A stretch of 63,538 nucleotides of DNA, counting the filler, from Octopus bimaculoides (lineage: Eukaryota), in the NCBI RefSeq assembly GCF_001194135.2. It is 8 parts of 4 records of this genome, joined end to end, with 100 filler letters (N's around TTAATTAATTAA, not from the genome) between each part and the next. Parts side by side here need not be neighbours in the genome. Positions count along the whole stretch, not along the records: positions 37,581 to 45,640 come from NC_068985.1; positions 45,741 to 55,290 come from NC_068985.1; 6 more parts are not named here. One strand, 5' to 3'. The translations under genes and the position numbers were made by a program. This document shows positions 38,986-53,627 of the stretch, one piece after another; the stretch's first letter is position 1; each line of letters starts with the position of its first letter. The notes below the pieces were generated by a model. The model was not told the origin of the DNA. It searched no databases and worked only from the letters and a program-made list of their open reading frames with translations.

Positions 38986-41706
38986 TNNNNNNNNNNNNNN
39001 NNNNNNNNNNNNNNNNNNNNNNNNNNNNNNNNNNNNNNNNNNNNNNNNNNNNNNNNNNNNNNNNNNNNNNNNNNNNNNNNNNNNNNNNNNNNNNNNNNNN
39101 NNNNNNNNNNNNNNNNNNNNNNNNNNNNNNNNNNNNNNNNNNNNNNNNNNNNNNNNNNNNNNNNNNNNNNNNNNNNNNNNNNNNNNNNNNNNNNNNNNNN
39201 NNNNNNNNNNNNNNNNNNNNNNNNNNNNNNNNNNNNNNNNNNNNNNNNNNNNNNNNNNNNNNNNNNNNNNNNNNNNNNNNNNNNNNNNNNNNNNNNNNNN
39301 NNNNNNNNNNNNNNNNNNNNNNNNNNNNNNNNNNNNNNNNNNNNNNNNNNNNNNNNNNNNNNNNNNNNNNNNNNNNNNNNNNNNNNNNNNNNNNNNNNNN
39401 NNNNNNNNNNNNNNNNNNNNNNNNNNNNNNNNNNNNNNNNNNNNNNNNNNNNNNNNNNNNNNNNNNNNNNNNNNNNNNNNNNNNNNNNNNNNNNNNNNNN
39501 NNNNNNNNNNNNNNNNNNNNNNNNNNNNNNNNNNNNNNNNNNNNNNNNNNNNNNNNNNNNNNNNNNNNNNNNNNNNNNNNNNNNNNNNNNNNNNNNNNNN
39601 NNNNNNNNNNNNNNNNNNNNNNNNNNNNNNNNNNNNNNNNNNNNNNNNNNNNNNNNNNNNNNNNNNNNNNNNNNNNNNNNNNNNNNNNNNNNNNNNNNNN
39701 NNNNNNNNNNNNNNNNNNNNNNNNNNNNNNNNNNNNNNNNNNNNNNNNNNNNNNNNNNNNNNNNNNNNNNNNNNNNNNNNNNNNNNNNNNNNNNNNNNNN
39801 NNNNNNNNNNNNNNNNNNNNNNNNNNNNNNNNNNNNNNNNNNNNNNNNNNNNNNNNNNNNNNNNNNNNNNNNNNNNNNNNNNNNNNNNNNNNNNNNNNNN
39901 NNNNNNNNNNNNNNNNNNNNNNNNNNNNNNNNNNNNNNNNNNATACACAGAGGGAGACGGATAGACAGACAGACAGATAGTTAGACAGTCAGACAGACAG
40001 ATACACCCCACACACATATAAATATGTATGCATGTATGTATGTATATATGTCTATATGTATATCTATCTGCTTACTTGTTTGTTTATTTAGACTTACAAA
40101 TACGTGTGTGTGCGCGCGCGCGTGTCTGTGTGTGTGCGTGTGCGTTTTGTGTCTGTGTGTATGCTTCTGTAGGTTTATAAATATACGTGTGTATGATTTA
40201 TAATTTTCTCCGTTTCTCATACTGGCTGATATGTTTGCTTGTTTTCTTCTGAATGCCTAGAACATGTGGTCATGTGAGTATTGTGTTCATGTATGCATAA
40301 ATACATTCCCGCATGTATATCAATATTACCAAAATTCTCTCAAAACACACGTACTGCCACCGAAGGTGATTCTAAACCAAGAACTATTAAATTATCATGA
40401 TATATTTTATAGAAATGAAATCCTTAATAATCACGGAAAATTCAAGTCTCAAATATAGAAAAAGAGAATCTCGATGCCTTGACAAATGCATTAACTTGTT
40501 TCTTTGTTTTTAACTTTTCCTATCATAGAATAAGATATATCAAGATTATCATTGTTTGTGAGGGATTTTCCTGTTTATTTATTTGCTTAATTGTTTATTT
40601 ATTTCATTTTCAACTTCATGTTCTATCTCAAACAAATTTTTCGTCAAAGCAGGAGGAAGAAAATCAATATGGAGCTCCAATTATGTTTCAGCATCGCCAA
40701 TTTGTTGGATTTTCGGGAGGAATTCTAAGTTGAGAATGAATGCGTGACAAAAAACCAACGACAACAACAGCTAACAACAGTAACAATAAGCCTGCTTCCC
40801 AACCACATGGTTCTGGGTTCAGCCCCACAGCGTGATAGCATGGATAAGTGTCTTTTAGTATAGCCTTGGACCGATCCGTATGCAGCTCCCTCTCTCGTTT
40901 TGGTACTATCCGCGCCAAGCTCCCGCTGTATTCTCAACTCCCTTTTTTAATAGGAAGTACATGAGATTACCTTCCTCGCTCGTTAACAGGAAGTAAACGA
41001 GATTACCTGTCTCGTCCCATGCTCACTTCCTGTATGTATATTTGTTATCCATACCAACGTTATTTCACTTCTGCCAAACGGTCGTTGACAAGCGTTTATC
41101 TCGCCACCTTCAGAAAACATTGTAAATTCTCTCCCTTCATTATATTATTGATATACATAACAATAGGGATTTAGAAAAGGGCGTCTATAAAACTAGTTTT
41201 TAAGCATCGAATGTCTATGGGAGTCCACCAGAATAGAAGAGTAATCAAAGGAGCCCATAAGCTAAAAAATAAAAAAAACGGTTTAGAACTAGTGGTTTAA
41301 AGAATATGAACCACCACAATTCTCCTAACCATAACACCCCTAATGGCCCTAGAACTGTATACCCGATTATAAAGTGTCCAATAACTGGTGCCATATTTAA
41401 GAATACCTATAATGTGGAGAATACTACTATCGACTATCATGGTTCCGGTTCTAGTGATATAACTAACAATAAATCCAGAGTAAATACCATTAACACCAAC
41501 TGTAATAAACTGGGTGCACATATTTGTAATAGCCACAAGCTTGATTTCCATCAACTTAACTATACTAACCCTCTCCATCTTAATAATAGTGGCGTTAATG
41601 CTCCTGGCTCCATAAGCAGGACTTCTCAATTAAAGTGAAATTTGAACCTCGGATCCGAAATGGGTTTGATCAAGTACCTGTCGCCATGTTGTAACTCCAT
41701 ATTATA

Positions 41707-41920
41707 ATCTTTCCTACTCTAGGTACAAGGCCCGAAATTTTGGGGCAGGGGGCCAGTTGATTAGATTGACCCCCTTACGCAACTGGTACTTAATTTGTCG
41801 ACCCCGAAAGGATGAACGGCAAAGTCGAGCTTGGTGGAATTTGAACTCAGAACGTAAAGACAGACGAAATACCGCTAAGCATTTCACCCGGCGTGCTAAC
41901 GCCTCTGCCAGCTCGCTGCC
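41707..41920 (-). mobile_element. tRNA-derived SINE family A
   Basis: Complete reverse-complement copy. Confidence 0.85.
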
Positions 41921-42239
41921 TCATACTCCATATTATAATGTAAAATCCATGGTTCATTATAGGCTTTTAAAATTATTGATTCCTTTTAAGACTGGCATTT
42001 ATTTTATCACTCTGTTTTGCTGAACTGTTGAGTTTCAAGGACGTAAGCAAACCAATACTAGATTAAAAGCGGGGTGGGGTGGGGACAAACATAAACAGAA
42101 AGGCACTCACACACAACACGCTGGTACTCCAGTTTTTCTAAGCCCTGTAAAAGAACTCGGAAGGATAGGCTTCCAACCAGGCCTTTCACGATGCCCTTAA
42201 AGCCGTGTATATATATATATATATATACACGCACACACA

Positions 42240-42395
42240 GTACAGGCATCGACATAGTTTTCGTCAACCAAATTCACTCAAAAAGAATTGGTCAGCTGGG
42301 GGTATAATAAAAGACGCTTGTCGAAGGTGCCACTCAATGGAACTGAACACGAATCCACGAGGCTGCAAAGCGAGTTTCTTAACCACGCAGCCATG
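42240..42395 (-). mobile_element. tRNA-derived SINE family E (diverged)
   Basis: 'caaccaaattcactcaaaa...gtcgaaggtgccac...gaactgaac...tttcttaaccacgcagcc'. Confidence 0.65.
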
Positions 42396-43396
42396 CATTG
42401 CGCTTGTAGAAAGTCTAATATTTATTAATGTCTTTTTGTAAAGTATTAACGAAATAAGGAATGTCTTGCTGGAGAATATAATTCAATAAACGTTTCTCAG
42501 TGAGTTGTTACGTGGTGAGGTTACTAAACAGAAACACTTTTAAAGCTCAGCTGATTTATGAATCTCAGCAAAGTACAATGTACTTGTTGAATTTGTTTAA
42601 TTAATGATCAAATGCAGAGAAGTGAGACGTGCTATTTAGCTAAACCTATTTATCGTCCTTGTCAATAGATGCTTCACCAAGTGAAACTGCTCTTGTCAAA
42701 GCAGAACGCTTAATAAATTAGCTAAAATATTTCATGTTCTTGATCAGCGGGAGTGTATTTTGGTTAAACAGAAGATCAAGATTAATTTGTCATTCAGAAT
42801 ATTAACGATTTAATATGAATATTATCCAGCTGTGTTCCGTCACACTATAATCATTAGGCCATATCTGTGAGTTGTAGGTTGTTTAGCTCCAGATCACTCA
42901 CGAACGAGCAGATCCATCGTTATCAGCGTTCCAGGCGTGACCATCATGTTTTTTTAGGGGTATGGAAGCAATCTTTTCTTTATTTTAATATGCCGGGTAT
43001 GATTGGAAGAAAATATGAGTGATATGTCTTGCAAATGAGTAGGACACATTGGTGTCCAGGATTATATCTTGTCGAAAACACTAGGCCGAGATATTAAATG
43101 ATTTACGCTAGACATTAAATCCGTTCCCTCAACGTCCCAGATTTGTCAATCATCCTTTCAAAAGTGGATAATATAAATACCAAGAATACACTAAAGGACC
43201 ATAGAATGGGTTATATTATTCCACTATTGAAAAATATGACTTTGTGCTTAGTTAAAGCGAATGATTATAACAACCTCTTTGATTTCTACCGTCATCCTTA
43301 TCATCATCATCTACATCATAAACAAAGTTATATCGGTGAGAATGTGTGAACGCGCATCCACATTTTTCTTCCTGATGTATACATATGCGTGTATAC

Positions 43397-43439
<43 letters not shown>

Positions 43440-43441
<2 letters not shown>

Positions 43442-44765
43442 TTGTTTGGGCGTGCGTTCATCCGAACAATATGGCTAGACCATCTCATTTGGCTTTTCAA
43501 AATCATAGTTTTAATTGGGGTGATGCCTGCAGATGAAAGGACATCTGCGTTTGGAGTAAAAGAACTGCATTTAACGTTTAAAATGTGATGAAGGCATTTT
43601 TGGTGGAATTGTTCTAACAATTTGAAATGTCTTTCATAACATGTCCATGTTTCACGAGAATACAACAGGGATGGTAAGACAAATGATTTGTAAAGAGCCA
43701 GCTTTGAATTCTTATTTATATGTCGTTGGCACCAAACGTGTGACTCCAAACCACCAAATGCTTGTGCTGCCCTTTGAATTCGCAGATGTATTTCTGTACC
43801 CAGATTTCCATCATTTTGTACAGAGCTTCTTAGGTATGAAAGAATCAACAACCTCAAGTAACTTACCCTTAACAAAAGTTTTAGTGGGGTTGCAAACAGC
43901 ACCACATGCAGATTGATATATGACAGCTGTTATTTTCAAGATGATGATCAAGCCAAAATCATCACAAGCTGAGTCAAATGCAGATACAAGAGATTTCAGA
44001 CTAGATCGCCATCGTCAGCGAATAAGAATTCCCTAATGAGTGAAGTAAAAACCTTCGTTTTGAATTTCAGTCAGGTCAGATTAAAAACATTCCCTGTTGT
44101 TCGATATTTTACGTAAATACCCACCTCGGAGTTTTGAAAAGCGTGTGACAACACAACAACAAAGTATATTGCAAAGAGGGTGGGTGCATCAAGGTCTCCT
44201 TGCTTTACTCTATTTTCCACGGCAAAGGATTAAGAGAGCCTACCACCAAAATTAACTCTAGCTTTCATATCTTGATGAAAAGACCTGATCATGTTTACAA
44301 TTTTTTTCTGGGCAACCTTCTTTCCTTAGAATTAGCCACAGAGCATTTCGATTAACAGTATCGAATGCTTTGCTCAAATCAACAAAGCAATGGTATAGGA
44401 CAAGATTCTGTTCAATGCACTTTTCCTGAAATTGTCTGATAGTTAAGTGACAATCAGCTGTGCCCTTGGAGGAACGAAAACCACACTGAGACTCAGACAC
44501 TATATTTGGAACTATGAAGGTATTTTAACGTTCTAACAGAATGCTGGCAAGTACCTTTCCAACCACAGATAAAAGCGATATCCTACGTAAATTAGCTCAC
44601 AGAGCCTTTGGCTCCGATTTATACAAGGAGACTAAAATGGCATCAATCCAGTCATGAGGCACTTTCTCAGTTCTCCAACAGTGACTAATTAATATATTTA
44701 AGAGTTCAAACATTTTGTCATCTTTATATTTCAAGACTTCTGCACAGGTTCCATTAGACCCTGGA
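43440..44765 (-). mobile_element. RTE LINE reverse transcriptase fragment, internally deleted or rearranged
   Basis: EKVPHDWIDAILVSLYK, SESQCGFRSSKGTAD, FVDLSKAFDTVNR, EIHLRIQRAAQAFGGL, LLYSRETWTCY and QMRWSSHIVRM. Confidence 0.92.
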
Positions 44766-47197
44766 GACATACATACATGCATTTATACATACATACACAC
44801 ACACACACAAATGTGTGTGTGTGGGTCTGTATATATGTATATCTATCTATATATATATATATATTCTCATGTGTTCTCTTATTCACAATATACATTTCTA
44901 GTTCTGATTGAAACAAAACACAAAACTGAAAGCACAGACCGCTATCTTATATATCACATTCGAAGAATATGAAAGAACAAGGATTCCGTTTTAAAAAGCA
45001 AGACAGATGGAAAGGTTTCTATTATAATACAAGCGTAAATTAGATTGGAAAAATCAGCTTCACCTCACTATACAAGTATGTATGTATGTATGTATGNNNN
45101 NNNNNNNNNNNNNNNNNNNNNNNNNNNNNNNNNNNNNNNNNNNNNNNNNNNNNNNNNNNNNNNNNNNNNNNNNNNNNNNNNNNNNNNNNNNNNNNNCAAT
45201 AGTTCTGGAAGCTGAGTGCTTAAGTATACTTTCGTATATAGACAAATAGCTAAACAACTACATAGTAAGTTAGTAAACAAATACACCGGCAATGCAAGTA
45301 TACGCAACAAAATAAACTGGTACATTTGCGCGCGCGCGCGTGAATAGGTCTATGCACATATACATAAAAATACATACATACATACATATATGTATATATA
45401 TATATATGCATACAGCGAGAAAATATGGAAAACAGGACAAGTAATACAAAACCGTCAGCTGCCTCTCTACTCCTCATTTCGAACATTCAACGACAATATG
45501 AGTCTTTTGGATTTTATGCGGGGTCAAAGTTGGGAACAAAAACCGGACAGTGGAGACATACAAGGAAACCGACGAAAAGAAACTCGGAGCGTCGTTAGAC
45601 CAGAACGGGGGACATATATATATATACATATATATATATANNNNNNNNNNNNNNNNNNNNNNNNNNNNNNNNNNNNNNNNNNNNTTAATTAATTAANNNN
45701 NNNNNNNNNNNNNNNNNNNNNNNNNNNNNNNNNNNNNNNNATATATATAATATAGTATATTAGGGAATAACAAGTATTCCAGGTTATCAGGATGTTTACT
45801 ATCTTACACTTTTTTTATGAAATGTATAAAGTATATTTTATAATATTATAATTACAAATTTGGGATATATAAGCAACTCCTATTTCAGGATAGCCTCATA
45901 GTATGCTATACGCAGAGAAAATTACATGAAATAAAACAATTAAAATAACATACAATAAAATTAATTAAATAAATATTTCTTACCAGTTATTAATCTGTGG
46001 GGAAAGAAGGTAGTACAAGTAATGGCCACACGTGTTCTTGCGCTGTTGGGTTGTGTATTGAGGCTCTACTTAATACATCAAAACACCAGTGCGTTCTCAG
46101 GCTATGTATATTATTATTATGTACGGGTAAAAGTTAAAAATTAAAAGTTAAAAATTATATAAAAAATAAAAATAAAAATTACAAAATATTAAAAAAAAAT
46201 TAAATATTGAATACCAAACATATAATTATGATATATATTGAAAATGCTCTACCTAAGGAAAATATTAACGATTAAATTAGAAGCATGTCAAATCTTGTAA
46301 TATATCTAAATAAATATAGAAATGAATAATTTAGTGTGAAATATAACCTTGTCAATATCATAAACATATTTTATGTCTAATGTGAGTTAATAGTGTAGAA
46401 TAAAGATTAATTAGTAAATACAACTACTTACGTTCGAAACTTTTTCAACAAAATTAGTAAAACAAGTAAAAAGAGGTAGATTACTTTATGACATAAGGTT
46501 TAATCCTTCTAGTTCAAGTGCAAATGGCCGCTCCCACTGCCAGACGCTAAGTATTAATGGAATTGGGTATAGCATAAATTAATAAAATAAAATACTCTGA
46601 AAATACTCTAAAATAATAATATTAAAGGTTGAAGTCAAGGGGAGATAATAACTAGAAATAGTCTATACTTGTAAAGCTAGCTATAAATGGATTTTTAAAG
46701 TGTTTTAGATTTTAAGATTTATGTTACATAAATGTGGCCTGTCTATTCATTTAAAGATAATATTGTTTAATAAATTCTTTGTTCTTAATATATCTGTATA
46801 TAATACTACTATAAATACTATCAAAACTTCTAGTAACTATATTCCTCATACGTGTGTGGAGATGATATGCTAGGGGGTATTATTTTATATATTTTTTTCA
46901 TTTTACTATGCATAAAGCTTTTCTTTTGTCGGCATTTTCCCCTCTCTCTTCAATACTGTTTCATAAACGCTGTTGTACATAATAAGCACGTTTTTTTTTT
47001 ACCTATTTTATATGACTTTGCTCTACAAATAATATACCGACTAAGGGTGTATTCTAATTTATTACATTTTAAATCCCATATGTATTTACTTAGACCTGTC
47101 AAATTTTTTAATTTGTGATTTTTGAAAGACTGATAACGCTGGGAAATTCTATTAATTTCGTTCGCTGTGGATCTAATATCTTCTTCTTCTTCTTCTT

Positions 47198-47308
<111 letters not shown>

Positions 47309-48200
47309 GTTCAGTAATTTCATTTTGATAACGTGCTTTCACTTCACTACCGAGCGCAGCTCTGTGTGCCTTCGGTATGTGCTGTGGTTTGCTGTGATGC
47401 TCTTATGGTTACTGTATTGAAAGTGTTTTGTGTAGGATGTGTGCAGTGCCCTGTAGTGAAATTTTCTGGATGTTATATATATTTGTAAGTCCTGGTGCTT
47501 TTGTTATGTATTTGTCTGAATATTTTTTTTATTATACCTAAGACACCTACTATGATAGGAATTGTTTCTGTTTTTAGATTCCACATTCCAGTTACCTCTA
47601 TTTCCAGGTCTTTGTATTTTGAAAGTCTCTCCATTTCTTTTAGGGAAACGTTGTCATCTGCTGGTATTGATACATCAATTAGAAAGCATTTTTTCCTTCA
47701 TGATCTTTGACAACTATATCTGGTCTAATGGCCTTAATTTTTCTATCTGTGTGTATTGGCATATCCCAGAGTTGCTTTCTCGTTTTCTGTGACCTTTTCT
47801 GGCGTGTGTTTATACCATCTTTTTTCTGTTGTTATTCCATAGTGTTGGCATAGCCTCCAGTGTATATAGGTCCCAGCTCTGTCGTGTCTGTGAATATATT
47901 CCTTCTTAGCCAGGACTGGGCAGCCAGAGATAATATGATTTATTGTTTCTTGTCCATCGCCACATATTCTGCAGTTACTTGTTATGTTTCTTTTCATTAT
48001 ATGTTTTTGGTAATATCTGGTGTGGAGGCATTGGTCCTGTGCAGCAATTAAAAATCCTTCAGTCAGTCTCTGCTTTGAGTTCTGAGCTTCTCAACCTTTG
48101 CTGGAATTTTTCTGTCTATTTCTTTTGCATTTAGTTTAGCCCAGTATTTACCATGCAGGGGCTTTTCTTGCCATCGTTTTATCATGGTCCGTTGCTGTTC
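47309..48200 (-). mobile_element. 5'-truncated R4/Dong-like LINE (CCHC zinc knuckle plus restriction-like endonuclease) flanked by (TAA)n on both sides
   Basis: CRICGDGQETINHIISGCPVLAKKEYIHRHD, IRPDIVVKD, KYKDLEIEV, IPIIVGVLG, then 3' UTR and (TAA)n. Confidence 0.92.
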
Positions 48201-48225
48201 TATTATTATTATTATTATTATTATG

Positions 48226-48257
<32 letters not shown>

Positions 48258-48259
48258 AG

Positions 48260-48650
48260 GCTACTATACATTTATAAATTACGTTATCTAGGTTGCAATT
48301 ATTATTAGCGCTACATTTGATATTGTTTTACATGTGCATTTATTTACAATACGGTTATGTTTATTGTTTGTGATATTTCTGCTGTAGCTATGGTTAATAT
48401 TAGTTAATTTTTTTTATTATGGAGTTTACTTAATTTTGAATTGTTTATTGAGGATATAATATTACTTACATTCCTTGTTGTAGAATAGCCCACTCTGATA
48501 GTTTTATTGGAGAATATTTTCGAGTAAGTTTTGTTCTTTTTAAAGGATGTTTTCATTATGTTCAAAATTTCTTTAATGATATTAATTTTAATTTGGGCCC
48601 CATAGGGGTTAATTAGCCATATAATTTCCTTATTTTTATTTTTATTGTTA
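48260..48650 (-). mobile_element. Penelope-like element linker and start of GIY-YIG
   Basis: IIWLINPYGAQIKINIIKEILNIMKTSF...KIFSNKTIRVGYSTTRNVSNIISSIN, then KCTCK...NNNCNLDNVIYKC; matches the PLE pattern IIWFNPP..KIFN.NT.KVSYS..N...II..HN. Confidence 0.85.
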
Positions 48651-48699
48651 TTATTATTATTAATATTATATATAATATATATATACATATATATATATA

Positions 48700-48737
<38 letters not shown>

Positions 48738-51511
48738 CATGTATATATATATATGCATGTATATGCATATATNNNNNNNNNNNNNNNNNNNNNNNNNNNN
48801 NNNNNNNNNNNNNNNNNNNNNNNNNNNNNNNNNNNNNNNNNNNNNNNNNNNNNNNNNNNNNNNNNNNNNNNNNNNNNNNNNNNNNNNNNNNNNNNNNNNN
48901 NNNNNNNNNNNNNNNNNNNNNNNNNNNNNNNNNNNNNNNNNNNNNNNNNNNNNNNNNNNNNNNNNNNNNNNNNNNNNNNNNNNNNNNNNNNNNNNNNNNN
49001 NNNNNNNNNNNNNNNNNNNNNNNNNNNNNNNNNNNNNNNNNNNNNNNNNNNNNNNNNNNNNNNNNNNNNNNNNNNNNNNNNNNNNNNNNNNNNNNNNNNN
49101 NNNNNNNNNNNNNNNNNNNNNNNNNNNNNNNNNNNNATATATATATATATTGTTTAGTAGCTTTTATTATGTTTTTAGTTGTTTTTATTTTCGTTTCATG
49201 CTATCTAGGTTCTTTTTATTAAAATTTCAATACCCATATGTATTTAGAAGCTACGTATTCTTTTCTGTATTTGGGCCGCCAAACGTTTGCACATGTTGAT
49301 AGATCCGGTTTGGAAATTTTAAACCTAGATATGTGGCTGTAGTTAGTGTTGTGGTGTTTCAAGTTACTGTTACACTGTACACATGCTGTTACTTCTACAG
49401 CCGTTTATGTTTCGAGGGTAACATAAAGACGTGGTTCGTTTGGTTGTGATAAATAGATGCTGTACTTATACACAATTCTGTCCGTTTTGCTCTAATTATC
49501 TCTATACAAATCCAACCTATCATATCGACGTTTATAAACGTTATTTTTGAAACAGTAACAAGTGCATAACATCTGCCTCTAACTTCTTAAACGAAAGAGA
49601 TTATCAAAATATCTGAATAGACATAAGAATAACTACATCTAAAAGAAATACTGACTTGAACGTAACCTATTTCCCAATTCATTAGTCGAATGTTAAGCTC
49701 CATGGAAATGCATGGAAGTAAGGAAATTCAAGAAGAAATAGAATAAATGTCAATAAAAAGTTCTAAAATCTATTAATAGATCCATATGATGTACTAATAT
49801 CTTCTCTCGTAAATTTAATCCTTCTTATATCCGTGGTATTATTACAATTCACACACACGTAGCAATCTCTTTCGCATTATTTGCTTTTCCTTTCCTGTGT
49901 GTAGGTCTTGATGACCCTTGTGTATAAAAATTTCTCCATTTAGCAATTGCAATAACTTGATATTTGAAAGTTAAGCCATAGTTCATTTATTATTCTGAAA
50001 CTGTAAATGGGATGAAAGACACCTCTCAGTCTTGCCCGTTATATGGAAGTTTAACAGAAAAGCTTAGGTTGTCCACAATTTGTTTAATGAATCGACCGTT
50101 GAATATTTCAGCCTTACTTATAAACGTTACAGTAAGAAATGAAAAATTAGTCCCAAAGAACTATGCTTTTGTACAATAACCCTGGCCTCCATTCGAATCT
50201 CAAGTAACTGGAAACGTGCGAGCATACTGAACTCGTTTTCATTGTAAAAAAGCTTTCACTGTATACTTTTATCAGATGAAGTCTCCGTTGAAGAAGTGAC
50301 GAAATAGTTGTCATCATCAAGTTGGAATAGTTACCCTGTGGTATATGATTCGGATTCTTGCATCCTCAGTGTTAATCCCACCGTATTTTGTGGTAGAAAA
50401 GTTAACCGGTTTAAGACCATAATTAGTCTTTCATTGCACGCGCTTAAAAGTTTACTGAGTCTAGTGGAGAAGTGTCCGGTTTGTTGATACTTAATCACTC
50501 CCATTCATACTCTTCGCAGACCCTGTCACATTCAGAAGCAATGTCCTTCCTTCGGGATAAGTACTAAAATATCAAGAAGTAATAAAATATCAAAGAATTC
50601 TGGAAAAATTACAATGTGATGCGAGTAATAATTTACAAGTATCAAGTAAATTAACACTTGCATAAATATATTTTCAGTTTGATAACATGTGTCATAATGT
50701 TAAGAGGAGACCATAAACTGTATGACAACAATTGCAGAATGTTTGTATAAGTAACGCGACATGTGTGACAGAATAAATTTGTCTGATATCTATTCTTATT
50801 GAATTCAGATAATGAATGCCATATCACTGAGAACATTAAGGAGTTTCTAGAATAGCAAAATATTAACCGTGAATGTAGATAACGTGATTATCCACAACCG
50901 GTTTAAAAACAGAGAACATACCTAAAAGATTCAATGGAAAGACTCATCCTTTATTGCAGCTTTTAGAAGCTCTTCCAAATCATAATGCAGCATGCGAGTG
51001 TGAGATCTTGCATGACACAGCTGAATTTCAAGATGCAGGAATTAAAGCTACGTTATATGGAGTAAAATCAATCAAACTTTTGATGCTATATATGTTATAT
51101 TATTAAAAATCGAACATTGTCTGTATTACCTTTACTTGCTTCCAATGTTTTATGGTTAAATAAATTAAATACGGTTTATAATTTTTGATTAAATTATATA
51201 ATTTTGTCCACAAAAGCATTTTACATACACTATATGCATAATTTTTCATTGAAGTACATGTGACTTGCTTCAGATTTCCCTTCTTAATGTACCCTGTTTT
51301 AAATAACGATATAATTCTTTGAATATTAAAAAAGCAAACCTGATGAGGTTTAAAAAATTTAAATACATTATTTTTATGTTATACAAAGTAAAATTATAAT
51401 ACATACGTAATTACATACATGTGTGTATCTGAGTGTGTGTGTGTGTGTGTATGTACACACACACACACACACACACACATATANNNNNNNNNNNNNNNNN
51501 NNNNNNNNNNN

Positions 51512-51558
<47 letters not shown>

Positions 51559-52165
51559 ACATACATACAAACACGCTCATACATACACACATATTCATAG
51601 ATTCATAAATATCATAAATGTGACTGTGCACAATGTATATTGATGTGACTCAACCAAGATATTTAAAGTCTGAATATAGCGTCTATGTATTTAAATACTT
51701 AATAGTTTTGTGAGAGACTGATATTTAATAAAAGATGAGATATGAAAGAGAGTAGAAAACACTAAACGCAACTGATGGAATATCAAAATCATCCAATATA
51801 TCAGAATAGAATGACAGGCGAAAGAGGAAGTGTTCTTTGCTGTCTTTGTTTTGCTTTGTTTTAATGCTTAATCTTATTCATAGACAAAGCGACGAAGGTA
51901 GACTTTTGGACATGTGGAATGGGGGAGATAAATTCATAGATATATAGATTAATAGGCATATACATAGATAGGTTGATAAAAAATGTAGCTCGATAATTAG
52001 TTAGGTGAGTTGGAAGGTAGATAAGTAGATAGATAGATAGATAAATTAAGAAACGTATTCGTAAATGCGTACATATGTATGTACAGATGCTGGTTTGCAT
52101 GCATGTATCTATTTACGTATGTATGCAAACATACATACATGCGTGTGTGCGTGTGTGTGTGTGTA

Positions 52166-52200
<35 letters not shown>

Positions 52201-52417
52201 NNNNNNNNNNNNNNNNNNNNNNNNNNNNNNNNNNNNNNNNNNNNNNNNNNNNNNNNNNNNNNNNNNNNNNNNNNNNNNNNNNNNNNNNNNNNNNNNNNNN
52301 NNNNNNNNNNNNNNNNNNNNNNNNNNNNNNNNNNNNNNNNNNNNNNNNNNNNNNNNNNNNNNNNNNNNNNNNNNNNNNNNNNNNNNNNNNNNNNNNNNNN
52401 NNNNNNNNNNNNNNNNN

Positions 52418-52469
<52 letters not shown>

Positions 52470-53580
52470 GGAGAGAGACAGAGAGAGAGATACATACATG
52501 TATACACACACACATACAGAGAGAGAGAGAGAGATAAATAGATAAAGAGGGAGAGAGAGGGGGAAGAGAGAGCGAAGAGTGAGTCGGTGGGTAGATAGTT
52601 GTCAGAAAGATGGTTACATAAGTATATCGCGATATAGATAGATTGATTGAAAGAATTTTAAGTGGTAGCATATAGTTGAGTCAGACTAGTTACTGGATTA
52701 TGTTATTACCGTTCAATTATGAACACTTTAGGATATGAAAATTCTTGATCAAACGTGTAAATTCAGTTGCCGGGTAGCCAGACACAATCATTGTTCGGGA
52801 AAATATAACCTTGCCCTTTGTAGCGTACATTTTATCGCACACAATTTCGACAATATTTTGCCCATACCGTTTAGCAAACAGCATGTTTGTGCAGCTTGTC
52901 TACGCTGACTATCGGGAGCACAAATTTGTGGTCTGTAAGGCATTGCTGGCAACGTATGCTATATAGTTATACTGACCTACAGAACATTATGATTTGATTG
53001 CATCGATGCATTTTTTTCTATGTCCACATTAAACCATTCGGTAAATCCAATCTCATATCTCAGTTAGAAACAGCTGAACAGTTTTGCGAGGCTTTTTTTT
53101 ACTTGCCCCTCCTATCTATTATCAACACAGTCTTACCGATTATACAAGATAGTTTTCCAGTCATTCACTAGCATTGAAGAGTGGGATATTTCGTGAAAAG
53201 CCTTCAGACATCTGGAAAAAGCTGCTCTCCATCACTGTCGAGCCATTCACCTCTAATAGTCCTAAGGCATAGCTTACGCTGCTGCTTACGTTCAACATCA
53301 GCCCTTTTAGAAACAATGCGTCTACACCAACACCCTGTCTCAGCAGAATCAAAGTCCCCGAAGATGGAAACAAGTGATAAAAGAGCATGAGGAAGGGCTT
53401 CGATAATTCTGGTTTTGTTGATTAACAACCCAAACTGCAAAGACGGTCTGCTTCTCGACTGAAAATTGAAATCTCCGAATGACCCATCTTGTTTTTTTTT
53501 CCTGTCCTGTTTTGTTTCACCTAGTGTCCGAATATTTTCTTGTCGCCTGTTACGTTCTTGTTCCCTTTTATATCTATCTA

Positions 53581-53627
<47 letters not shown>

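Noticed and set aside
41306-41638. Possible NUMT (hydrophobic alternative frame)
   Set aside because: Many TAA stops in that frame and no recognisable mitochondrial protein motif
53137-53211. 75-nt phase-2/phase-2 candidate exon with good splice sites (CLKAFHEISHSSMLVNDWKTILYN)
   Set aside because: Right size and phase for an LRR exon but lacks the LxLxxNxI consensus; likely chance
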